Source of the DNA: Marsupella aquatica
Taxonomy: Eukaryota; Plantae; Marchantiophyta
Length of the DNA stretch: 64,000 nucleotides
Direction of reading: 5' to 3'
NCBI GenBank assembly: GCA_973895155.1
Contig: OZ316893.1
Location: 22,105,744 to 22,169,743 of the forward strand
Below, piece after piece: positions 51,301 to 61,482 of this stretch (positions are counted from its first letter, which is position 1; each line of letters opens with the position of its first letter). The position numbers and the translations under genes are program-made. A model generated the notes under the pieces. It searched no databases and was not told the origin of the DNA. It saw nothing but the letters and a program-made list of their open reading frames with translations.

Positions 51301-54255
51301 TTAGGGCGATCTAAAGAATCTGGGAACTAAGTTTTCTGGAGCTGCCTTCTCTCGTGGAGTAGAGAAATTAATAAGGAGGGCATGGTCTACAATCATGTCC
51401 GTAAAGGGCCCGAATCCTGGAAGCCCCTTAGTGGCACGGAAAGTACTGTACTCAGAGAACAACGTGGGCGTGGGAGGACATGATGTACTGTACATTGTAG
51501 AATCTAGGACATTCTCCTCATCCAGAGGCAAAAGCGGCCAGAGATCAAACATAAGTTGGCGGATGAATTCCTGCAGCCGCAAATATGTGAGGTTGGACCA
51601 AATTTTGCTACTCCGGCTTGCCAAGGCCTTGGAAACAAACTTCAACCAGTGATTGGGAATACACTGTATCTCTCTTAGCGATGAGCATTCATGGTTCGAA
51701 TGCAAGGCCGAATAATACTTGAATTGCGCGCTGCATGTGTTAGAGAGATCAGCGCACTTCAGTGCCACCCACTTTGTTCAGACAGTTCAATCTCCAATTA
51801 ATATTGAAGTTTTACGCCAATACAAAGATCGAAACTGAAAGTTTAAGAATTAAGCTAGGAGCAAACAATGATGACAGCTTTCAAAGGACTGCTTCACATC
51901 CGCGCATCAATTGATGCCACCCGTGACTTCGAAAAACTTCAGCAAGCGAGAGGAGTGCCATTGATGACCTGCGGTATAGCCTTTTTCAAATTGTGCCTTG
52001 AGATGCCCAGCAGATGATACAGTTTTGGGAGATGCATCACACGAATTGTTTGTCATACAGGAAAAAAGGATAGAAAAGTCAGAATGCCATTCCCCCTCAG
52101 CATTTCAGGTGAAATTTAATGTAATTCCAATGGAAAGCAGGTCTCCAGAGCACTACGGTACGCATCACTACCGTGGCTTTCCTTAAAGAATCCACTTCTC
52201 TGGTTTACCGTTGGTTAAAGATGTACACGTCCTTCGCTATCTTACTTGACACTGCGTTCACATGGGTGAGAGCCTGACCAGGTCATTGTATCGTCAGGTG
52301 CGCAGAACGACACCTCGTTAAAGAGCGATTGACATGAAAAAGATTCAAAAGGAAGGAGGTTCAGATCTTGACCCGTCGACTACCCGTCTGGTGCCGCCCC
52401 TATTCCTGCATGTGGCGCTACCCAAAAATTTAGGCTTTGATCTGAAAGAAAATCACTTCTAATGGTGCGAGGGAAACCAACTATCCACCTTGTTAAAATT
52501 GTCAGGTGAAAAGAAATAGCACATGACGACCAGCCCTGCTCATGATTTGGATTGTTGCCCGAACAATGGAAAGATCGTCTGATGACCTCGAAGTTCCGGT
52601 CGTGAATCTCCTACAATGAGGTGACTCACTTTGTCGCAGGACAATCAAAGAGACATCCAGATCGAAGAGATTTGAATCAGACAGTCAGACTTCACACAGA
52701 ATGTGAAATACCGCTCGCTTTTAGAATTTATGGTATTGGCCGGTTTTGAGTTTGGTGACCAGAACTAAACTTCCGGATAGTATTCCACAGATCGGTACGA
52801 TCAATCGAGTGGAGACACGAGCTTCCATTTCTACACTCGGCAGTTGCAGGACTTATCATTGCTACTTTTTTAGACTGCAAAGTACTGGTGGGCGTAGAAT
52901 GGAGGCTCGCAGTAATTGTGAGTCCAGACCACAGTGCTCGGAAGGGAGCTGTAAAGTCACCGAATCCAGTTGAAATCTGACTCAACAAAGGACAATTCTT
53001 ATACCGCATGATGGCCTTGCCGTAAGTGTGAGCATGATCACTTATAAATGATTTATTTTTATTTTGGGTTGTGTTTTTTACATGGAAGATTTCACTCAGT
53101 TCCACGATGAGGAACGACAGACCGCAGGAGTTCTCGTTCAAGACCAGCAGAGAGGAATTCCCTGGCCTGGCCTCAGGCACAGACCTCAGACAATCAAAAC
53201 AATCTTGATCTATTGCGCAATGAAAGTCTTAGTACCTGAGTCAGATTAACTGCAGATCATGTAGATCAAAAAAGATTTGATCCAGAGATGGCGTGTAGTC
53301 TCAGTCTACATACACGGGACAGGTCAGCGAGGCCGGACATATTCCACAAAGAATCTGAAGGCTTTGTTCCGGCAGTTAATAAGCAGCACCATTGATCGAT
53401 GGCGGTCCAGGCTTCTCTGTGGGTCGAAGGAATCGATCCTGCTGAAAAATGCGAAGTTGTACAAAAGGGGAATTCCTTGCGTCAGGAATATGGCCCAGCA
53501 GATTGGGCGAGGGTGGCTGACTATCTCTAAATTACCGGCAGGGAAGGCCAGCTATTGACATTCTATTGACTTGTTATTTATTTGAACAACTCGTAAGTAT
53601 TTTCGAGAGCCCGGATCAATCCACTACAGTAGAGGCTCCTCAAGATCGATTCTGTGAAAGTTCTCAATCTGGAAATGATAACTGATCTTGTAGGCAGTCT
53701 ATCCTAGTTGAATTCAAATTTTGCTCTTCAGAACTGTAACTCCAAATCAGCGAGCCCCAAGTGTCGGTTCACTAGTGGTGGTGGTGCAGTGCTAAGGGAC
53801 TGGGGGAGTCAAGCTAGACAATAATCGATCAGCAATTGGGACACGTTTGATCGAGGTTATTTTTGGAATCCAGTAGCTTCCAGCTCAGGAGCGCAGAGCC
53901 CATCCTTCAAAGGAGAAGTCAATGAATATTTGATTGTATCGACAACAGAACACGCCAAAAAGGACAACCAGAATACCGAAGACAACATGGAGATTGTCTG
54001 ATTGTAGGTGACTGTACTAGTAGTACAGTAATTCAGAATCAACAAGTAATAAGTTAGTGAGAGGGAAATGGTCAAATGGCAGACCCTGTCCGCAGACGCT
54101 ACAACAGTCCAATTCACATAATATACCATGATGTTCCAGAAACCACGGCCGAAATCGAGCAAAATGTGAGATTGAAGGAAACTAATCTGAGCAGTAGGGC
54201 CGAACAGTGATGACTGCTTCTTTGGAATCACCCCCATCAAGAGCAGAGTCTGCAA
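51301..54255 (-). pseudogene. Degraded intronless coding-like region of unknown identity
   Basis: Three co-oriented 130-155 aa ORF fragments (51301-51768, 52728-53180, 53857-54255) in coding-like sequence with stops and frameshifts between them; no intact recognisable motif. Confidence 0.3.
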
Positions 54256-54460
54256 TCAGGTGACATCACACGAAGTACGGTCCCGTGAAGTCTTCCTTTC
54301 CTCGTTGACCTTGGATAATTAGGTTACCGTCCTGTGGCGGGCCGATTCGCCGGCTTCTGGGCCCGGTTTGAGCTGTCGGACAACTTGTCGTGTTGTCAGA
54401 CACGACAACTTGTCATTTGTTGCCCGAAAATGACCCTATTTGTCGCATATTCCTTCTTAT

Positions 54461-55460
54461 GCCCCGGTCCGGCCCCGGCCCGGCCAGGCCCAATCCCTTC
54501 CCGGCCCGGCCCATTCCCTCCCCGACTAATCCCGGCCCCTTCCATTCCCGGCTCGGTCCGGCACCCGGCTCGGCCCGGTCCCTTCCCGGCCCGGCCCCGC
54601 ATCCCGCCCGGCCCCGCACCCGGCCCGGCCTCACAAACACTAGGTGAGGGCGGGCCGAGTGCGGGGCCGGGCGGGATGCGGGACCGGGCCGGGAAGGGGC
54701 AGGGCCGGGAAGGGAAGTGGCCGGGCCGGGACGGGGCAGGGCCGGGAATGGAAGGGGCCGGGCCGGGAAGGGGCCGGGCCGGGAAGGGAAGGGCAGGGCC
54801 GGGAATGGGCCGGGAATGGAAGGGCAGGGAATGGAATGGGCCGGGAGTGGAATGGGCAGGGCCGGGAATGGAAGGGGCAGGGCCGGGCCGGGAATGGGAG
54901 GGGCCGGGCCGGGAAGGGGCAGGGCCGGGCCGGGAAGGGACCGGGCCGGGAAGGGACCGGGCCGGGAACGGAATGGGCAGGGCCGGGAATGGGAGGGCCG
55001 GGAATGGGCCGGGAAGGGGCAGGGCCGGGAATGGGAGGGCCGGGAATGGAAGGGGCAGGGCCGGGCCGGGAATGGAAGGGGCAGGGCCGGGCCGGGAATG
55101 GGAGGGGCCGGGAACGAGAAGGGACCGGGCCGGGAACGAGAAGGGACCGGGCCGGGAACGAGAAGGGACCGGGCCGGGAACGGGATGCGGGGCCGGGCCG
55201 GGAAGGGACAGGGTCGGGAATGGAAGGGGCCGGGCTGGGAAGGGGAAGGGACCGGGCGGGATGCGGGGCCTGGCCGGGAAGGGACAGGGCCGGGAATGGA
55301 AGAGGCAGGGCCGGGACTGGTAGGGGCCGGGAATGGGAGGGGCAGGGCCGGGGAGGGGAAGGGACCGGGCCGGGAAGGGGAAGGGACCGGGCGGGATGTG
55401 GGGCCGGGCCGGGGGAAGAGACCGGGCCGGGACCGGGGCAGGGAGTTCGGTCCGGGGCGA
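54461..55460. repeat. Extremely GC-rich subterminal repeat array (GGGCC / GGGAA-TGGAA-GGGGCA modules) with a strand switch at ~54639
   Basis: C-rich copies at 54461-54634 mirror G-rich copies at 54644-55460; recurring unit such as GGGCCGGGAATGGAAGGGGCAGGGCC. Confidence 0.95.
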
Positions 55461-55651
55461 TTTTCCCGTTAACTTTAAGGGCCGGGGCAAGTTTTAGGGC
55501 CGGCTATCGTTAGGGTTAGTGAAATAGAGGTTCCTCTAACATAGGATGAATGCCCCATAGGCCATTACTCAACACTTGTATAAAAAGGGTCATCACATGT
55601 TCATTTATTCATTCTTTGAAACTTGTATTCCAATGGAAGCTCATAGGTCTA

Positions 55652-56030
55652 AAGGAGGGAGCAAGAATGACTTTTGTACGCGCATGTTTGGAGCTTCGGC
55701 TCGGCGTGTGGCATTTCGTGCAGAAATTTTCAAATCTCCCTTAACAATTTAATGATATTTGTGAGTTTTGTGATACAATTATAACGATAGACGTATTCAT
55801 GTATGCATGTTTGGAGCTTCGGCTCGACGTGTGATATTTTGCATGGTTATCGTAATTCGTCGAAAATGTTTTCACTCAATTAGCAAATTACCGTTAAATT
55901 ATAGATAGCACATACGTCGGATAGGAAAGTGAATGACTTAAAACAAAAGTAAACATTTGTGCTCATGCTTGGAGTTTAGACTCGGCATGGGATATTTCAC
56001 TAATGTTTTATCTTCCTGTTTCCAAGTCGT
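55652..56030 (+). repeat. Left inner inverted module with 3 copies of a 34-bp motif (CATGYTTGGAGCTTCGGCTCGGCGTGTGRYATTT)
   Basis: Motif copies at 55683, 55806 and 55964 (spacing 123 and 158); colinear with the reverse complement of 63367-63735. Confidence 0.9.
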
Positions 56031-56118
56031 TACTTTCAAAACAAAAATAAAACTATTTTTTGGTTGAGTGAAGGCATTTCACACTTATTTGTGAGTTAGT
56101 ACTTCATTGTTTTCGACC

Positions 56119-58992
56119 ATGTCTTCAGATGAAGATGAGTCAGGTGACTTATCAGCCCATTCAACTCCTGTTAGACAAGGTCAAAATCCGGCTCGAGAAC
56201 GTAGTGCAAAATTTTCCCCGGTATGGAAATATTTTGATCGATGTGACTTTCCGTCAGGCTGTCATGACATCAATCGTATGTATCGAAAATGCCGGTTTTG
56301 CAAAAAATATACTACGTTCCATGCAACACGAGCAAGGGCACATTTGATGGGAAATATATACAAAGGGGATGCACCACCTTGCCTAGGACTCTATGGTGTC
56401 ATCGAATTGGATGACATCAATAGAATGTACAATGTGATCAAAGTGGACTCTTCTATTAGGTACAAACGAAGCGATGGAAGTCATATACTATTGTCTGCCA
56501 GAGGTCGGAGATCGTTTATCCAAACGACAAATTCGCAAGCTTCAACTCGAGGCTCCAATCATGTTGACGTGGAGGAGAATCCAAACATGAGTAATGCGGC
56601 TAGGGCATCAAGTCTTTCAAACCCTATTATAGATGCTTATCAAATTCCAAATAGATCACATTTGGATAAGCTGTGGGCAAAAGCTTTTTACTCAAGTGGT
56701 ATTCTGTTCAATGTCTCAGAGAATCCATTATTTTGAGAAGCAGTTGCAGAGACTTCTAAAGGAATTGTTAATGGGTATTCTCTTCCTAGTATGCGAAACC
56801 TCCGATTCAAATTGTTGGAGGAGGTCAAAGCTGATGTTGCAAAAGACATGACAAAAACCATGAAGGAGGCCAAACCTTTTGGATATACCCTTTCATCAGA
56901 TGGATGGGAAAATATCCGAAGAGAACCCTTGATGAATGTCATGTTGTTGACTTGTAGAGGAGATATTTTCTTGGATAGTTGGAATGCTGCACAAGCTGAT
57001 AAGAAAGATGGAAGATACCTTGGAGAGATGTGGCTGAAATATATAGACGAAATTGGCGCGGATCACATCATACAAATTGTAACCGACGGTGCACCCGCTA
57101 ATCGAGTTGGAGGTGAAGATATAGTGATGCAAAAATATTCGCATGTTACTTGGAGCTGGTGCGCTGCCCACGTGTTTAATTTGTTACTAGAAGACATGTG
57201 TGGCCATAAGAAAATTATGGTAGATGAAAGTGGATGGAATCCATTCAAATTCATTTTCAAACGTTTGAGGTGGATAGTAAAAGCAGTTTCATCATCCCAA
57301 AAACTCTCCGCAATTTTTGTTCGAAAATCTGCCTACATAAAACTATTGAATCCAAATGCAACAAGATTTGCGACCATTTTCTTAATGGCGCAAAGAGCAT
57401 TGGAGCTAAGAGGTCCCTTGCAAGAAATGGTCATTGATGACAAATGGCATCTTTATCGTGATAGGCTTCCAGGTCACTCAAGGTCGGACGGGCACATGAC
57501 GAGAGCAAAGGCAGACGAACTGAAGCAATGGATTCAACAAGATGCATTTTGGGCTCAAGTGAGTTCTACAGTAACTTTTTTCACACCATTGGTGAAGATG
57601 CTACATGAATTTGATGGGGACTCGCCGCAGTCAGCTTGGTTGTATTGGAGCTTGAAAAAGGGGATTGTTGATCTGGAGGCGAGCATGGAAGAATGTTCCT
57701 TAGTAACTGAGTACCTGAAACCAAGGATAAGGAAAGTGTATATGGATCGAAGGAAACCGCTTACTAACGATTTCATGCTAGCTGCAGCATATTTGAATCC
57801 TCATTATTTCTTTGATGAAGACGAAGATGTGGGCGGAGATGCTGAGCTATGTAGAGGCTTCAATGATTATGTTGCGAGATACGCAGAACACAGTGTGAAG
57901 CCAGGGATCAACCATGATCGTGATGTCACTAAACTTATTTCTGACATCCAAAAGCAGGCATTTGAGGCTCAAAAGAAATTGCCAAACACATCTGTTGGCA
58001 TAAGAGGAGCCCAAGCAAATATTGAAAATTTCAGTCCGGGAGAGTGGTGGCATGCATATGGAGCTGATTACAAGGATCTAAGGATCATAGCTAGGAAAAT
58101 CACTCACCAACAAATGTGCGCATCATCATGCGAACGGAATTGGAGTTCGTATGGATTTATACATTCAAAAATTCGTAACAGGTTGACCAATGATCGGGCA
58201 AAAGATTTAGTCTTTGTATTCACGAATACGCGAGTGGAAAAAGGACTTACAAAGGTCCGAAACCCCCAAACGTTCATCTACAAACGTTATGATGAAAGAA
58301 GAGCAAGAAATGATGCACCTAGATCATCCCCCACTGAAGCCTTCCAGAACGAGGAGCATGATGCAAGAAGTGGGGGTTAGGGGGAGGAAGATGTCGATGA
58401 TTTTGATACAATTGATGACGCCGATGAGGCGTTGCAAGGATTGTCATTGCAATGTGATAGTGAGGTATTGACTCGTATTCCACCGGATACTGAGGATAGT
58501 AATGCGGGTGAATGGGAGGATGATACTGATTACTTGATGTTTCCTACGATTGACGAGTCTCAAGTCCAAGATGATGAGGAGTACTCATTGCATACAGGCT
58601 TTGATATGCATTCCCAACCAAACCCATGTTTCACTTTTCCAGGATTGAATGTCCATCGTGATCACCTAGCAAGTACTTCATATGCATTTCAACAAGGAAG
58701 TGACATACCAGAGCATCATTTGGAGGGAACTACTTCTGCATTTTATGCACAACATGATCAACTACAACGCCGAACACTACATAATGATGCACAGTGGGGA
58801 CAAACAGTTACTCCAGCAGTCAATGTCACGAACCCATACCCATCATACACGCATGCTCGTGTCGTTCAACAATCTCATGACAATGACGATTCGCATAATC
58901 GTTACCCATTTCCATGGGCCAATCGACATCATGAATTTGATGGACTCATGCAACAAAATCAGAACAATATGACGAGGGATTACTCCTCATAG
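56119..58992 (+). pseudogene. hAT transposase (BED finger + DUF659-type catalytic region + dimerisation domain + acidic tail) with two in-frame stops
   Basis: BED: SPVWKYF...CRFC...RARAHL...C; catalytic SSDGW, VTDGA, WCAAH, ATRF, SSCERNWS; dimerisation WW...KIRNRL...KDLVFV. ORF pieces 56107-56736, 56791-58380 and 58432-58992 share one frame, separated only by TGA 56734-56736 and TAG 58378-58380. Confidence 0.92.
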
Positions 58993-59452
58993 CCTTGATA
59001 TGTTTTGTGATTACTACAAGATGATATATGTCAATTGTAATTTTTGAAGTATAATACATATTTTTTTCCCACTTTCAATGGCTTTGGTGCTTGGTTTTAC
59101 TCTTGCTTGCGATTGTATCGTCGATTACAATTTTTAGAGTGTTCTATATTTGAACGTATTTTTTTGAAATAATCACCATATTATAGCAGCAATCGCTGAA
59201 TTCATATCTCCACGCAAAAGATTCACCGAGTGTAAAAATGAAGTAAAAATGTTTTCAACTTTCAAGGACATGCCCATGAAAATCTCTGTGGTGCAGCCGG
59301 TACTATATATGAATAATATGATCTAATATCTAGAAACTATCCTATGCGGCCGATACTATAGAAAATGTGTATAGTACAACTAGGTAAGCGTACACTACAC
59401 GATCAAAAATGTATGAATATGCAAATAGCAAATATTTTGGTATCTTCCTCTC

Positions 59453-61321
59453 TCAATGCATGGTCATTTCCGCTTTCACTTCTGCTTGTTGCTGACGTCG
59501 CCGATGACGACGAATAGATCGTTGCATGTTTTGCTCGTTGGTAGTTGGTTGATTGGACTGAGCATACTCTTTCCATTCATTGAAACGACCACTGAATAAC
59601 AACTTGTCAAAGTCACCATCTGACAGATTGTACTCATTGATTGTAAAGTTTTCAATGGGTGTGGAATCTATTTCCGTCATCGCCACACCGTCCTGAGTCA
59701 TCTCTTCATCGTCTTGTTGTGTCTCCATTGGTGGGATTTGATTCAACAATCCTCGTTGCTCATACTCCCGTTCATGAAATGGTTTCCTACACCAACATTT
59801 TCGACTCTTCTTCATCCACCTGAATAAGCAAGCATGATGCCATAAATGTCCGCAAGTTCCCAGAATGGAAACTGATTTTGGGCCCCATGGATATAAACAC
59901 CAAGGACACCTTGCACCCTTTTGTCGAACAAATTCAGCCATACTTTCATCTTTCTTCCATTTATCAAAATACTCCTCGACTGCTACCGAATCGACCTCCA
60001 CATCAGGAAAAAGGTTAGATTCTAATGTAGGATCAATCATTTGAAAATTCATAAAATTGACATTGTTCAATTTTGATTTTCCTTTGCTCGATTCATTGTC
60101 CATATCAGAATTGTTCATTTGGTCTATCTCTTCTTGGAGATTTGTGATGATGAGCTTTTGTGATGCAACTTCATCCTTCAGATTCTTTATGACTCTATTT
60201 TCTTGAAGTTGCGCTTGTTCATTGGATTGCCTTTCGTTTTCGGCAACTTGACTTCGAAGCCTCTCAATTTCTTCCATCTTGTCAAACAATTGGGCCTTGT
60301 ATCGGTACATGTCTTGGACCTCACAATTGGTACCCGATGAAATAGACATCTTCTCTAGTGATTTCATCTTCAAATCACTCTCTTTTAGTTTTGACGCGTA
60401 GTAGTCAATGCTACCAGCGTCACAAAGTTTGAGACGGTAATTGACGCAAAGAATTTTCTCAATAAAATCACCAATCTCACATCCCAACCCCTTGCAGACA
60501 CTTTGCATGCAAGGAGTTCCCTTGTTGGCATCCAAAACACCCGTGTTGTTTGTTGGTAAGGTGCTACTTGGACCAATAGAAACGTTTGCTGTTGTCGTAG
60601 TGCTTTTTCCTTCTTTGATACAAGCGGCACTGCTTTCAGATTTTGTAAAGAACTGTGGGATTGCAGTCATTTTTTGGCTCTCATTTGTATGCACCTTGTG
60701 CACTTCATCTATTTTTCGCTTGGAGCCTTTGTTGGTAGTCACAGGCATTTTATTCCTGTCACTTGTGGTGGAAAAGACTTTTGAGTGAACATTATGCACA
60801 AACTTGCCTTCGTCCGTCTCCCATCGGTAATCCACTTTCCACCTCAGGATGAATTCAGCAATCAATAGTCGGATAAAAGGAGTATATACTGAACTCGTTT
60901 TCCCTTGCACTTTTCTTGGAGTAAATTTCCTGTAACGTTGTGCCCAGTGCTGCTTCACCTCTTCATGTGTCACCTTCGACATAGTAAACTTATCTTGCAA
61001 CCAAGACTTTGTGCCCCACATTTCCTCATCGCGAAAAATCATTTTGGCAAATTTTTGAAAAGCCTCCCTAGGCATCAATATTTCTAATTCTTTGGCGTTG
61101 ATTGGCCATTCCGTGTGAGGAGGTTTCACATCGGGTGTGAGGATATTCCATTGCACATTGGGTTTGGACTCCTCCTTCGTCTGAGTTGCTGGAAGTTTGT
61201 GGACGTCGTGAAAACTGTAATTTTCGTGGTCCAAGTAAGACCCTTGACCATCTTGCATTTTAGGATCATATACACGATTGGCCTCATCATCCTCATCTGA
61301 ACTCAAGTTCCATTTTCCCAT
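59453..61321 (-). CDS. 622-aa protein with coiled coil and C-terminal RING-H2-like zinc finger (putative E3 ubiquitin ligase), transposon cargo
   Basis: CPWC-x14-CGHLWHHAC-LFRW-x6-CWC equals C-x2-C-x14-C-x-H-x2-H-x2-C-x10-C-x-C with the RING Trp; heptad-rich segment KMEEIERLRSQV...LQEEIDQM; open, intronless ORF. Confidence 0.8.
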   Translation of the reverse strand: MGKWNLSSDEDDEANRVYDPKMQDGQGSYLDHENYSFHDVHKLPATQTKEESKPNVQWNILTPDVKPPHTEWPINAKELEILMPREAFQKFAKMIFRDEEMWGTKSWLQDKFTMSKVTHEEVKQHWAQRYRKFTPRKVQGKTSSVYTPFIRLLIAEFILRWKVDYRWETDEGKFVHNVHSKVFSTTSDRNKMPVTTNKGSKRKIDEVHKVHTNESQKMTAIPQFFTKSESSAACIKEGKSTTTTANVSIGPSSTLPTNNTGVLDANKGTPCMQSVCKGLGCEIGDFIEKILCVNYRLKLCDAGSIDYYASKLKESDLKMKSLEKMSISSGTNCEVQDMYRYKAQLFDKMEEIERLRSQVAENERQSNEQAQLQENRVIKNLKDEVASQKLIITNLQEEIDQMNNSDMDNESSKGKSKLNNVNFMNFQMIDPTLESNLFPDVEVDSVAVEEYFDKWKKDESMAEFVRQKGARCPWCLYPWGPKSVSILGTCGHLWHHACLFRWMKKSRKCWCRKPFHEREYEQRGLLNQIPPMETQQDDEEMTQDGVAMTEIDSTPIENFTINEYNLSDGDFDKLLFSGRFNEWKEYAQSNQPTTNEQNMQRSIRRHRRRQQQAEVKAEMTMH

Positions 61322-61482
61322 CCTTGCAAGATTTACAATAAAAACAAATATTTAGCATTCATTGCAACATTCACCAAAAATAAAAAGTTTTATGAGATGA
61401 TATAAAAATTTCAATTTATACCACATGATGAACATGTGATTGTTCATGTGGTAATTGAGAGAAGATAATGGTGAAAACTAAT

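Noticed and set aside
54600-54643. GC-rich sequence ending in CTAG as a Helitron 3' end
   Set aside because: CTAG is followed by G rather than T, there is no RepHel gene, and the site is the centre of a larger palindrome matching the hAT subterminal array
54334-55513. Long Gly/Pro/Arg-rich ORFs (329, 364, 289, 251 aa) on both strands
   Set aside because: Artefacts of a nearly T-free GC-rich repeat that lacks stop codons; not collagen or extensin genes
55683-55997. 34-bp hairpin repeats with unique spacers resembling a CRISPR array
   Set aside because: Only three degenerate copies, spacers of ~90-125 bp, eukaryotic context, no cas genes, and mirrored at the other element end; better explained as subterminal motifs
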